Program-made: the position numbers and the translations under genes
Shown: piece by piece, positions 18,715 to 28,851 of the stretch
Position numbering within the stretch: position 1 is the first letter of the stretch
Layout of the letters: each line of letters begins with the position of its first letter
The notes under the pieces: model-generated
The model's input: only the letters and a program-made list of their open reading frames with translations
What the model was told of the DNA's origin: nothing
The model's database searches: none
Source of the DNA: a virus
DNA length: 64,000 nt
IMG/VR virus record: IMGVR_UViG_3300021135_000003
Strand: one strand, 5' to 3'

Positions 18715-18954
18715 ATGTCTTCTGGAAATCCTACCCTTCTATCACAGATTTTACCAACTGGTAATGGATCAGGTGGAACAACACTTCCAACACCATATGT
18801 TGCAGGAGAGTTTTTAACAAATAATGGTACTACTCTTTCCTGGGCTTCAATAACATCTGGAAATAACAATGGGTTTCCCATAGCAGATATGGGTTTAATT
18901 ACAGATTCAATTTCTGCAGCTGCAACAGTAGACGCAGGATCAATAGCGAGTTAA
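18715..18954 (+). CDS. Small fibre-associated protein
   Basis: GEFLTNNGTTLSW and D(M/A)GxI motifs; AATAAATA at 18703-18710 just upstream. Confidence 0.6.
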   Translation: MSSGNPTLLSQILPTGNGSGGTTLPTPYVAGEFLTNNGTTLSWASITSGNNNGFPIADMGLITDSISAAATVDAGSIAS

Positions 18955-18959
18955 GATAA

Positions 18960-21797
18960 ATGTCAATTCAATTTCAACTAAGACGAGGTACGAGCACTCA
19001 GTTTGCTACTTTTACAGGAGCACTTGGTGAAGTCACATACAACACAACAGCTGGTTCTATTAGAGTACATGATGGATCTACTGTCGGTGGTATTGAAATG
19101 CTTCGTCTTGATTTGGCAAATATTGGCGGGTCAATTCCCAATACAGCTTTATCGCATTCTACTATTTCGGGTGTCGCTCTTGGTTCAAATTTAAATGCAT
19201 TAACTATCGGTACTGGTTTATCTGGTACTTCTTATAATGGTACAACTGGTGTAACTATTGCTCTTGCTGCATCTGGTGTTACTGCTGGTTCTTATGGTTC
19301 TTCTACTGCAGTTCCAGTTATTACTTTTGATACATATGGTCGCGCAACAAGCGTAAGTACTGCTTCTATTTCCAGCGCAATTAGTTTTACTGGTGACGTA
19401 ACTGGTTCAGGTACTACTGGAAGTAGTACTGCTTTAACTCTAGCGACAGTTAATAGTAACGTAGGTTCTTTTGGTTCCGCAAGCACTACATTATCAGCAA
19501 CAGTTAATGCCAAAGGATTAATAACAGCGATCTCTTCTCAAGCAATCGCAATTGCCAATACTCAGGTTTCTGGGCTTGGCACTATGTCAACACAATCTGC
19601 TAGTTCAGTTAATATTACTGGTGGAACAATAAATGGTACTGCAATCGGTGGAACAACTCCTGCAGCAATTGCTGGTACTACAATTACTGGTACTACATTA
19701 ACATCAACAGTAGCTACTGGAAGTGCGCCATTAGTAGTTACATCTACGACTCCTGTTGCAAATTTAAGTATTGGTGCTGGTGGTAGTTATCAGGGTAATG
19801 TTATCTCTGGAACTTATGGTGGTACTGGTGTTAATAATGGTTCAAATACATTAACACTTGCTGGCAATGTGACACACGCTGGTTCGTTTACCCAAACATT
19901 TACTGCAACTGCTAATACTTCTCTTACGCTTCCAACTACTGGTACTCTTGCTACTTTAGCTGGCGCAGAAACATTTACTAATAAAACTATTAGTGGTTTA
20001 ACAAATACTTTTACGTCTATTCCAAATAGTTCGTTATCAAATTCATCAGTAACAATTGGTTCTACAAACGTAGCATTAGGCGCAACTTCAACAAGTATAT
20101 CTGGTTTAACTGCCATAGATGGTACTTCTGGCGCAACATCTTTCTTCGCTACACCAACAAGCCCAACTCTGTTTGCTGCTGGTACTTCTATTAATATTGG
20201 TGCTTCTACTGGTACAACTACTGTTAATAATAACATGGTTGTTACTGGTAACTTTACAGTAAATGGAACTACTGAAACAATTAACTCAACAACAATGGTT
20301 GTTGCAGATAAAAATATTGAAATTGGTAAAGTTGGCACGCCAACAGATACTACTGCAAATGGTGGTGGTATTCTTTTATATGGCTCCACAAATAAAACTT
20401 TCCAATGGGCTTCTTCAACAAGCGCATGGACTTCTTCTGAAAATATTGCACTTGCTGCTGGTAAAAGTCAATTATTTAATGGTTCTACTTCAGGAACTAT
20501 TACTTTAACATCAGCAGCGATTGCTGGAACTAACACTATTACTTTACCAGCAACCACTGGTACTGTTGTAACAACTGGTGATACTGGTACTGTTACAAAT
20601 ACAATGTTGGCTGGATCAATTGCTAACTCTAAATTAACAAATAGTTCAGTAACAATTGGTTCTACAAACGTGGCACTTGGTGCTACGGTAACTACTTTTG
20701 CTGGTTTAACATCTGTTACTTCTACTACCTTTGTTGGTGCATTAACTGGCAATGCTAGTACTGCAACTACTTTACAAACTCCTAGAAATATTAATGGAGT
20801 AGCATTTGATGGTTCTGCTAATATAATTATTGCGGCAAGCACAACAAATGCATTAACTATTGGTACTGGTCTAACAGGAACATCTTTTAATGGTTCTTCT
20901 GCAGTAACTGTAGCATTAGCATCCTCTGGTGTTACCGCTGGATCTTATGGATCCGCGACTGCTATCCCTGTATTATCAATAGATCAATATGGACGTATAA
21001 CATCAGCATCTACTATTGCTTTATCTAGCACAATAGCGTTTAGTGGAGATGTAACTGGTTCAGGTACTACTGGAACTACTACGGCAATGACCCTTGCCAC
21101 AGTTAATACCAACGTAGGTTCTTTTGGTTCTACCACACAAATACCAGTTGTTACTGTTAATGCAAAAGGTTTAGTCACTGCAGTTTCTACCGCTTCAATA
21201 TCTGGTGCAATTACTTTAAGTGGTGATGCAACAGGTACTGGTACTACTGGCGGAACAACAACAGTTACTTTAGCTTCTGTTGGAACTGCAGGTACTTATA
21301 CTAAGATAACAACAAATTCTAAAGGACTGGTTACTGCTGGTTCAAATGCTACCACTGATGATATTGCTCAGGGATCTTCTAATCTTTATTTTAGTGTTCC
21401 ATTAGCAAGAGCTTCGATAAGCGCAAGTGGTATTGCTTCTTATAATTCATCTACTGGGGTTATTAATGTAAATAATCCAACTCTACAATCACTGTCTGGA
21501 GTTAATATAAGTAGTCCTGCTGCTAACCAAGTATTAACATATACTGGTTCAGCATGGATTAATGCAGCATCAAACGCAACAGTTGCTTCTGCGATTTTTG
21601 CAACTTCTGCTTCAGATCTTGGTTACGTCACTGATAATAATATTACCATTACTGAAGATGAAGGAACAGTATATTCTACCGCAAATAATATTTACGATTG
21701 CGGTATTTTAAGTTTTACAGGTATTATTTCGTTAAACAACATCGACCAATCAGTCAAATCAGATTATTTGGCTCAAGCACTTATTTTTGGTTTCTAA
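18960..21797 (+). CDS. Tail fibre protein with Mtd-N-like N-terminal domain
   Basis: QFQLRRGT…FTGALGEVTY…IRVHDGSTVGG start; repeated GVTAGSYG/NAKGL modules. Confidence 0.8.
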   Translation: MSIQFQLRRGTSTQFATFTGALGEVTYNTTAGSIRVHDGSTVGGIEMLRLDLANIGGSIPNTALSHSTISGVALGSNLNALTIGTGLSGTSYNGTTGVTIALAASGVTAGSYGSSTAVPVITFDTYGRATSVSTASISSAISFTGDVTGSGTTGSSTALTLATVNSNVGSFGSASTTLSATVNAKGLITAISSQAIAIANTQVSGLGTMSTQSASSVNITGGTINGTAIGGTTPAAIAGTTITGTTLTSTVATGSAPLVVTSTTPVANLSIGAGGSYQGNVISGTYGGTGVNNGSNTLTLAGNVTHAGSFTQTFTATANTSLTLPTTGTLATLAGAETFTNKTISGLTNTFTSIPNSSLSNSSVTIGSTNVALGATSTSISGLTAIDGTSGATSFFATPTSPTLFAAGTSINIGASTGTTTVNNNMVVTGNFTVNGTTETINSTTMVVADKNIEIGKVGTPTDTTANGGGILLYGSTNKTFQWASSTSAWTSSENIALAAGKSQLFNGSTSGTITLTSAAIAGTNTITLPATTGTVVTTGDTGTVTNTMLAGSIANSKLTNSSVTIGSTNVALGATVTTFAGLTSVTSTTFVGALTGNASTATTLQTPRNINGVAFDGSANIIIAASTTNALTIGTGLTGTSFNGSSAVTVALASSGVTAGSYGSATAIPVLSIDQYGRITSASTIALSSTIAFSGDVTGSGTTGTTTAMTLATVNTNVGSFGSTTQIPVVTVNAKGLVTAVSTASISGAITLSGDATGTGTTGGTTTVTLASVGTAGTYTKITTNSKGLVTAGSNATTDDIAQGSSNLYFSVPLARASISASGIASYNSSTGVINVNNPTLQSLSGVNISSPAANQVLTYTGSAWINAASNATVASAIFATSASDLGYVTDNNITITEDEGTVYSTANNIYDCGILSFTGIISLNNIDQSVKSDYLAQALIFGF

Positions 21798-21807
21798 AGG
21801 ATAGAAC

Positions 21808-24711
21808 ATGGCACGTCAGCTAATTGAAAAGTATGTCTTTACTCCAGGTCCAGCAGGACAGGGAACATTATTATTCCCTGGTAAAGTGGATCTAACCCAG
21901 TTATTAATTATTGCAAATAAAACAGCGCAGACAAATATCTACGCTCTTGGCGATCCTACCAAAAATGGTACGATTGTATATAATCCAAACGATACTACAT
22001 TTACTCCACAACCAAGTGGTTTTGGGTATACAATGGGTTCACAAACTTCTGAACAGTTAGGAACATCATTGGTTACTTTTGGTGCTGATACTTCAACAAT
22101 GTTGAGCACAGATAAGATTGCAATTTATTCTGACGCACCTAAACAAATCGGTAATATTGTTCGCCCATATGCGTTTGGTGTTGATGCTATTGAACGTATG
22201 CGTGTTGCTGAACCACAGGCTATGATCGACGCTGACTTTGAATATGGTCTCCAACCAACAAAGTGGCAAAATTTTGCACACAATAGATTGATCCCAGGTA
22301 TTTTTGAAAAACCAGGTCTTGACTTATTCGTTACCAATATTACATCAGATGGAGGCAATCCATCAGTTATGACTGTTACTTGTTCACAGGCTCACGGTCT
22401 TACAGCTGGATCTCCAGTTATTGTATTCGGTTTAACAGGTACTCAATATTATGCTCGTGCTGAAGGTTCATTCGTTGTTGTTTCTACGCCAACAACAACT
22501 ACATTTACTTACTACGCAAAAGGTATTGTTGGTACAAACGGATTAAGCGTTTTCCAAGGAAGTTCTTATGCACGTAAAGGTGGTTTCTATGCTGGGTCAC
22601 AAATTCCAATTGCATCTGTAACATCTGATGGTAACTCTCCATCTAAGATTACTGTAACATGTTCTGCTAATCATGGTATTGTTCCAGGAACTCCATTAAT
22701 TAATACTGTTCAATCAAGTGGTACTAACCATGTTTACATGCAAGGTAACTTCTACGCTGAGACAGTTCCTTCTCCAACTACCTTTACGTTTACTGCTCAG
22801 GTTGGTGGTGCCGTACAAAACTCTGGTATATCAATAACTTCCCACGTTCGTTCTGATGCGTTCGTTCAGCACAGACCATTTGATGGTGGTATTAACTTGG
22901 GAACTTTCGTTTCAAGTCATGGTGCTTCTATATCTCGTCAGACTAAGAAATATATCCGTTACCAATCTGGTAAAGGTATTATGTGGACTTCTGGTGTTTT
23001 GTTTAACCCAGTTCTTAACCTTGACCAAATTTCTGCAAACGGAACAACAGTTGGTTCTGTAATTACTGTTTCAACTGAAGTTGACCATGGTATTCAAGCT
23101 GGCGCAACAATTGTTATCTCAGGTGTTGTTACTGCAGGATATAATGGAACTTATGGTGTTACTGGTGTAGTTTCTGAAAACCAATTTACTATTGCAGCAA
23201 CAACTCCATTGGGTTCTGCTTCTTCAGTGTTGACAAATCTTCCACGTGTTACAGTTACTAACTGGCATGGCGCAACTACTCGTTGTGGTACGTTTGATGA
23301 TCAAAATGGATTATTCTGGGAATTTGATGGGCGAGAATTAGCAGTTGTTAAACGTGCCTCAGTTTTTCAAACATCAGGATTCGTTTCAGTAACTCCAGGC
23401 TCACAAACTGTAACTGGAACATCTACTCGTTTTACTCAACAATTAAAAGTTGGTGATAACGTAGTTATTCGTGGTATGTCATATAAAGTTAATGCTATCA
23501 CAAGTGATACATCAATGACAGTTAATCCACCATATCGTGGTATTAATGCATCAAGTCTTATTAAATTATCTTTAACAATTGATACTCGTTACCCACAATC
23601 TCAATTTAATATTGATAAAATTGATGGTACTGGTATTTCTGGTTATCAAATCTCTGTTAATAAAATGCAGATGTTGGGTATTAGCTGGTCTTGGTATGGT
23701 GCTGGTTTTATTGATTTTATGTGCCGTGGTTCTGATGGTAACATGATTCTTGTTCACCGCATGAAACAAAATAACGTAAACGATTCTGCTTACATGCGTT
23801 CTGGTAACATGGTTGCTCGATACCAAGCCATCAATGAATCTGCTGCTGATCGTTTAATGGCAAGTATGACAAGCACTGATACTACATTAACATTAAATGA
23901 TGCTTTAAGATTTCCAACAAGTGGCGGAACAGTTTTAGTTGAAAATGAATTGATTAATTATACTGGTGTTTCTGGTAATCAATTAACTGGTTTAACACGT
24001 GGTGCATCGATGACATTCTTTATCGGTGGATCTAATAAAACATTTACTGGTGGCGCAGCAGGAATCCATGCGGTTGGCAATGGATTTAATTCGGTAACAT
24101 TAGTTTCTTGTACTGCTTCTCCTGTTGTTAACCACTGGGGTTCTTCTTATATTACTGATGGTAAGTTTGATAACGATCGTGGTTACTACTTTAACTATCA
24201 ACAACAGGTTACTAATTTAGCAGCCAATGCATCGGTAACAGCGTTCTACCTACGTCTAGCACCTTCTGTTTCTAACTCAATTGCTGGAGTTTTCGGAGAT
24301 AGAGATCTTGTCAATCGTGCGCAATTATTGCTGCAATCATTACAAATTCAGTCTGACCAATCAGTTACTGTTACTGGTATTTTAAATCCAGGTAATACCG
24401 ATGCATCATCATTAACATGGACAAACGTAAACACAACTGCATTAGGTTCACAACCTTCTTTTGCACAAATTTCAACAAGTTCAGCAACTGCTGCTACTCC
24501 AGGCGAACAGTTATTTGGTACACTTGGACAGCCAGGAGGTTTCGCTTCTATTGACTTATCCAACTTGAAAGAATTTGGTAACTCAGTAATTGGTGGTTAT
24601 AGTAACTTCCCTGACGGTCCAGACGTTTTGGCAGTTGTAATTAAAAACAACAGTACTACAACTGCTGCGAATCCAATTGTCAACTTATTCTGGACAGAAG
24701 CGCAAGCATAA
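21808..24711 (+). CDS. Large virion structural (fibre/spike-associated) protein
   Basis: DAIERMRV…IDADFEYGLQPTKW, RQTKKYIRYQSGKG, G.FDDQNGLFWE and SWYGAG motifs of T4-like phage structural proteins. Confidence 0.7.
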   Translation: MARQLIEKYVFTPGPAGQGTLLFPGKVDLTQLLIIANKTAQTNIYALGDPTKNGTIVYNPNDTTFTPQPSGFGYTMGSQTSEQLGTSLVTFGADTSTMLSTDKIAIYSDAPKQIGNIVRPYAFGVDAIERMRVAEPQAMIDADFEYGLQPTKWQNFAHNRLIPGIFEKPGLDLFVTNITSDGGNPSVMTVTCSQAHGLTAGSPVIVFGLTGTQYYARAEGSFVVVSTPTTTTFTYYAKGIVGTNGLSVFQGSSYARKGGFYAGSQIPIASVTSDGNSPSKITVTCSANHGIVPGTPLINTVQSSGTNHVYMQGNFYAETVPSPTTFTFTAQVGGAVQNSGISITSHVRSDAFVQHRPFDGGINLGTFVSSHGASISRQTKKYIRYQSGKGIMWTSGVLFNPVLNLDQISANGTTVGSVITVSTEVDHGIQAGATIVISGVVTAGYNGTYGVTGVVSENQFTIAATTPLGSASSVLTNLPRVTVTNWHGATTRCGTFDDQNGLFWEFDGRELAVVKRASVFQTSGFVSVTPGSQTVTGTSTRFTQQLKVGDNVVIRGMSYKVNAITSDTSMTVNPPYRGINASSLIKLSLTIDTRYPQSQFNIDKIDGTGISGYQISVNKMQMLGISWSWYGAGFIDFMCRGSDGNMILVHRMKQNNVNDSAYMRSGNMVARYQAINESAADRLMASMTSTDTTLTLNDALRFPTSGGTVLVENELINYTGVSGNQLTGLTRGASMTFFIGGSNKTFTGGAAGIHAVGNGFNSVTLVSCTASPVVNHWGSSYITDGKFDNDRGYYFNYQQQVTNLAANASVTAFYLRLAPSVSNSIAGVFGDRDLVNRAQLLLQSLQIQSDQSVTVTGILNPGNTDASSLTWTNVNTTALGSQPSFAQISTSSATAATPGEQLFGTLGQPGGFASIDLSNLKEFGNSVIGGYSNFPDGPDVLAVVIKNNSTTTAANPIVNLFWTEAQA

Positions 24712-24736
24712 TAAATAGAGAAAATAGAGGAATAAC

Positions 24737-26209
24737 ATGTCAACACAAGTACAATTTAGAAGAGGAACTACCACACAGAACAATGCGTTCACTGGAGCAG
24801 CAGGAGAATTATCTGTTGACTCAACACTTAACGTATTGCGTCTCCATGATGGTACAACTGCTGGTGGTAACGCATTATTAAGCGCAAACGCAGTTCAAAC
24901 TGCTTTAAATAAAACCTTTAGTACTGGTTCTGTTTGGACTGGTACTGCTGTTGGTTTAGGATATGGTGGTACTGGTTCAGCAATTACAGCAAATGCTGGT
25001 TCTGTTGCTTATTCTACTTCTAATGGTCTTGCTCTTACTGCTTCTGGTACTTCTGGACAACTTCTTGTTTCTGGTGGTATTGGTGCACCTACTTGGGTTG
25101 CTGCTTCTTCTATCTCAGCTGGTACTGCAACTACTGCTGTTTCAGCAAATAATATTAATGGTGGTTCTGCGGGTCAGTTAATTATTCAGTCTGACGTAAG
25201 TACTACTACTTTTATTACTGCTGGTGCATCTGGTACATTCTTAAAATCTGCTGGTGCTGGTTATGCTCCTACTTGGGCAACTGGTCAGGTTACTATTGGT
25301 TCTAGTTCAGTTTCTCTTGGCTCAACAATTACTAGCGTTGCTGGTTTAGATGTACTTTCTGCAACTGGCACAAATTATTGGTTGATTCCAGTTGGTACTA
25401 CTGCTCAACGTCCAGGATCGCCATCTGCTGGTATGATGCGTTATAATACGGATCAAGTTTCTTTCGAAGGGTATTCTTCTGGCGCATGGTCTTCATTAGG
25501 TGGTGTATCTTCTGTTGACAAATATACTTACATTAGAGCAGAAACTTCTGCTGGTGCATCCAACGGTGAATTAGAATTCTTTGCTAAGAACTCTGCTGGT
25601 AATGCTGCACTAAAAGTTGCTGGTATGAACTACTCTCGTTTCTTAGAAGCGACTGGTACTGTTCTTGGAACACAAACTACTCAGAACTTATTTAATACAG
25701 TAGCGACTACTCTTAATATTGGTGGTTCAGCTACTACAGTTTCTATTGGTGCGGGTACTGGTACTACTACTGTTAATAATAACTTAACAGTTACTGGTAA
25801 CCTTACAATCAATGGTACAACTACAACAGTAAACAATGAAACTGTAGTTAATACTATTACAGTTTCTACTTTTGACGATACGATTAGAACTAGAAAATCA
25901 TTCTCTGGTTCTACTTCTGGATCAACTGCAACTGCTATTACTACTTTCGCAACAGCAACGTATCGTTCTGGTGTTATTGAAATGCAAGTTGTTAATGGAA
26001 CTGCATACAGAGTTCTTCGTTTGATGTTTGTTCATGATGGAACTAACGTAACTTTATCTGAAAACTATTTGGCTGGTATAGAAGTTCAAACAGCAACAAC
26101 TAACACTACGTTTACAGCATCTATTTCTGGTGGTACATTAACTGTTTACGCTACTTGTTCTTCTGGAACCTCTGCTATCAAAGGCGAATCAATCGCATTC
26201 AAGGTATAA
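24737..26209 (+). CDS. Tail fibre/whisker-like protein with Mtd-N-like N-terminus
   Basis: QVQFRRGTT…FTGAAGELSVD…LRLHDGTTAGG start and an IPVGTTAQRP…GMMRYN…FEGY module; AATAAATA at 24710-24717. Confidence 0.75.
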   Translation: MSTQVQFRRGTTTQNNAFTGAAGELSVDSTLNVLRLHDGTTAGGNALLSANAVQTALNKTFSTGSVWTGTAVGLGYGGTGSAITANAGSVAYSTSNGLALTASGTSGQLLVSGGIGAPTWVAASSISAGTATTAVSANNINGGSAGQLIIQSDVSTTTFITAGASGTFLKSAGAGYAPTWATGQVTIGSSSVSLGSTITSVAGLDVLSATGTNYWLIPVGTTAQRPGSPSAGMMRYNTDQVSFEGYSSGAWSSLGGVSSVDKYTYIRAETSAGASNGELEFFAKNSAGNAALKVAGMNYSRFLEATGTVLGTQTTQNLFNTVATTLNIGGSATTVSIGAGTGTTTVNNNLTVTGNLTINGTTTTVNNETVVNTITVSTFDDTIRTRKSFSGSTSGSTATAITTFATATYRSGVIEMQVVNGTAYRVLRLMFVHDGTNVTLSENYLAGIEVQTATTNTTFTASISGGTLTVYATCSSGTSAIKGESIAFKV

Positions 26210-26212
26210 TAT

Positions 26213-27181
26213 ATGGCAATCCCAGCTTCTAGAGAAGATCTAAAGCAATACTGCCTCAGAGATCTAGGTGCTCCAGTTTTGGAGATTAACGTAGATGATG
26301 ATCAGTTAGAAGATCGTATTGATCAGGTGCTAGATTACTGGCGTCTATATCACTACGAAGGTATCGAACAAGTATATCTTAAGTGTCAAATTCATGCTTC
26401 CACTATAACTCTTACTACTAATAATGCTTCATCATTTGGTTTAGAAGATCAGGTAGTAGGTCAAACTTCTCTTGCTGTTGCAACAGTTACTAGAGAAAAT
26501 TTTGCTGCGTCATCAGGCAATAACCTAATGGTTAAAAATGTGGTCGGAACATTTTTAGCTGGTGAAACTATTATTAGCGGACTTGGTGTAACTGCTACTC
26601 TTGGTTCAGGATCCCCATGCGTTCTTGGTGAATATGATAAAAAATATATTGATATTGATGACTCAGTATACGGTGTTCAAAAAGTTTTAAGTATAGGTCA
26701 GGCTTCATCATCTAAGAATATTTTTGATTTACAATATCAATTGCGTTTGAATGACCTATACGATTTAACATCTACATCAATTATTTACTACAAAACTGTT
26801 ATGTCTCATCTGGCTCTATTAGATTTAGAGTTAAATGGTCATACGCTTTATCGTTTTAATCGTTTACAAAATCGTTTATACCTAGATATTAACTGGGCAA
26901 CTGATATTCAGTTTGGTGACTATATTATTGTTCAAGCATATCGTGCTTTAGATCCAGCTGCTTTCTCTAAAGTTTGGAATGAAAACTGGATTAAGCGTTA
27001 TTGCACTGCTCAATTTAAACGTCAATGGGGTACTAACCTAAAGAAATTTACAGGACTTCAACTTCCAGGTGGCGTAACATTAGATGGCGATAAATTATAT
27101 CAAGAAGCCATGACAGAAATACAAACCTTAGAAGACGAACTACAAAATAAATCAGCCCCATTAGAATTCTTCTTAGGATAA
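26213..27181 (+). CDS. gp13: Neck protein gp13
   Basis: PASREDLKQYCLRDLGAPVLEINVDDDQLEDRID and KRQWGTNLKKF.G.QLPGGVTLDG. Confidence 0.92.
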   Translation: MAIPASREDLKQYCLRDLGAPVLEINVDDDQLEDRIDQVLDYWRLYHYEGIEQVYLKCQIHASTITLTTNNASSFGLEDQVVGQTSLAVATVTRENFAASSGNNLMVKNVVGTFLAGETIISGLGVTATLGSGSPCVLGEYDKKYIDIDDSVYGVQKVLSIGQASSSKNIFDLQYQLRLNDLYDLTSTSIIYYKTVMSHLALLDLELNGHTLYRFNRLQNRLYLDINWATDIQFGDYIIVQAYRALDPAAFSKVWNENWIKRYCTAQFKRQWGTNLKKFTGLQLPGGVTLDGDKLYQEAMTEIQTLEDELQNKSAPLEFFLG

Positions 27182-27182
27182 A

Positions 27183-28109
27183 ATGAGCACCGTAAATGTA
27201 TATTTTTCTCAGGGAACTAAAAACGAGCAATTCCTGATTGAAGACATTATCATTGAATCGTTAAAGATTTATGGTAATGAAGTTTTTTACATTCCAAGAT
27301 CCTTAGTTTCTAAGGATAATGTTCTAGGTGAAGATCGCCTTTCTCAATTTAAAACTGCATTTCCTATTGAAATGTATTTTGAGAACGTAGACTCGTTTTC
27401 TGGTCAAGGTGCATTTATTCAGAAATTTGGTTTAATGATTGAACAGTCTGCAACTTTAGTTGTTGCTCGTAGACGTTGGGGTCAGTTTGTTGGTCGTTAT
27501 GGCGTAACAACTGTTCCTGATAGACCAAATGAAGGTGATTTAATTTACTTCCCACTTACTGGTGGATTGTTTGAAATTAAATTTGTTCAACATCAAGATC
27601 CATTCTATCAACTTGGTAAACTTTATGTTTACAAATTACAAGTTGAATTGTTCCAGTACTCTTCAGAAAGAATTGATACTGGTATCGCTGAAGTGGATAA
27701 TTTTGAATCTCTTAAAACATTCAGCACTAATACTACTAGAAATATTCATGGTCGTGTGCATACTATTACATTAACAAATAATGGAACAGGATATACTTCT
27801 GTTCCAACAGTTACATTTACAAGTTCTTCTGGAACTGGTGCAGCAGCAACTGCAGTTTTAGGATCTGGAACTACTGCTGGTCAGATTGTTGCAATTAACC
27901 TTACCAATGCTGGTACTGGTTATCAAATTGCCCCAATTATTAGTTTTGTTGGTGGTAGTGGCGTTGGAGCTGCTGCAACGACAACTCTTGATATTGATAT
28001 TAATAAGTCTTCTGACGGATTTGGTGAAAATGATGCCTTTAAATCTGCAGCAACAGGGGTATTAAATTTTGATGAGCTTAATCCATTCGGAGAAATAAAC
28101 AATGCTTGA
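27183..28109 (+). CDS. gp14: Neck protein gp14
   Basis: EQFLIEDIIIESLKIYG…YIPR, RPNEGDLIYFP, PFYQLGK and terminal NPFGE. Confidence 0.92.
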   Translation: MSTVNVYFSQGTKNEQFLIEDIIIESLKIYGNEVFYIPRSLVSKDNVLGEDRLSQFKTAFPIEMYFENVDSFSGQGAFIQKFGLMIEQSATLVVARRRWGQFVGRYGVTTVPDRPNEGDLIYFPLTGGLFEIKFVQHQDPFYQLGKLYVYKLQVELFQYSSERIDTGIAEVDNFESLKTFSTNTTRNIHGRVHTITLTNNGTGYTSVPTVTFTSSSGTGAAATAVLGSGTTAGQIVAINLTNAGTGYQIAPIISFVGGSGVGAAATTTLDIDINKSSDGFGENDAFKSAATGVLNFDELNPFGEINNA

Positions 28110-28851
28110 TGGAAATGTTTATTATCATGGTTCAATAAGAAAAGCGATCGTTGCGTTCGGTCGTTTATTCAGCGACATTTATATTGATCGTAAACAAGGC
28201 GACTCTGTTAATGGTGATACTATTCAGCGTTTACAAGTTCCGCTTTCTTATGCGCCAAAAGAAAAATGGTTAGTTCGTTTAGACCAACAACCTGATATTG
28301 AAAATAATGTTACTATGGTTTCCTTGCCAAGAATGTCATTTGAGATTATTGGTTATGTTTATGATTCATCTCGTAAATTAAATAGAATGCAACAAATTAA
28401 AACTGACGCTTCTAATTCAACAAAACCAACTGTATATACTCCTGTTCCTTATAACTTAGATTTATCTCTTTATGTTATAACTAAAACACAGGAAGATGGA
28501 ATGCAGATTATTGAGCAGATCCTTCCTACTTTTACACCAGAATATACACTTCAAATTAACATGGTACCTGAAATGGGTATTACCATGGATGTTCCTATTA
28601 TTTTAAATAGTGTTTCAGTTGTTGATGAATACGATGGATCTTTTACTGATAGAAGATTTGTTACTCATACGCTTAATTTTGAAATGAAACTTAACCTTTA
28701 TGGTCCAGTTTCTGGTCAGGGTGTTATTACTCAGGTTAATGCTAATATTGGAGAGAATGAAGCTACTGGTGCTAATAGGGCATATGTGGCGCAAGGTGAT
28801 GTGACTACCGCAACAGTTACTTCGGAGCAGTGGACTGGCCAAGGATTATAA
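28102..28851 (+). CDS. gp15: Tail sheath stabiliser/terminator gp15
   Basis: YHGSIRK..VAFGRLF, VPLSYAPKEK, LPRMSFEI, PVPYN and QIIEQILPTF.P. Confidence 0.92.
   Translation: MLDGNVYYHGSIRKAIVAFGRLFSDIYIDRKQGDSVNGDTIQRLQVPLSYAPKEKWLVRLDQQPDIENNVTMVSLPRMSFEIIGYVYDSSRKLNRMQQIKTDASNSTKPTVYTPVPYNLDLSLYVITKTQEDGMQIIEQILPTFTPEYTLQINMVPEMGITMDVPIILNSVSVVDEYDGSFTDRRFVTHTLNFEMKLNLYGPVSGQGVITQVNANIGENEATGANRAYVAQGDVTTATVTSEQWTGQGL

Noticed and set aside
18960-26209. Diversity-generating retroelement suggested by the Mtd-N-like fibre starts
   Set aside because: No reverse transcriptase, Avd or adenine-specific TR/VR repeat pair seen. Mtd-N is only an anchoring domain.
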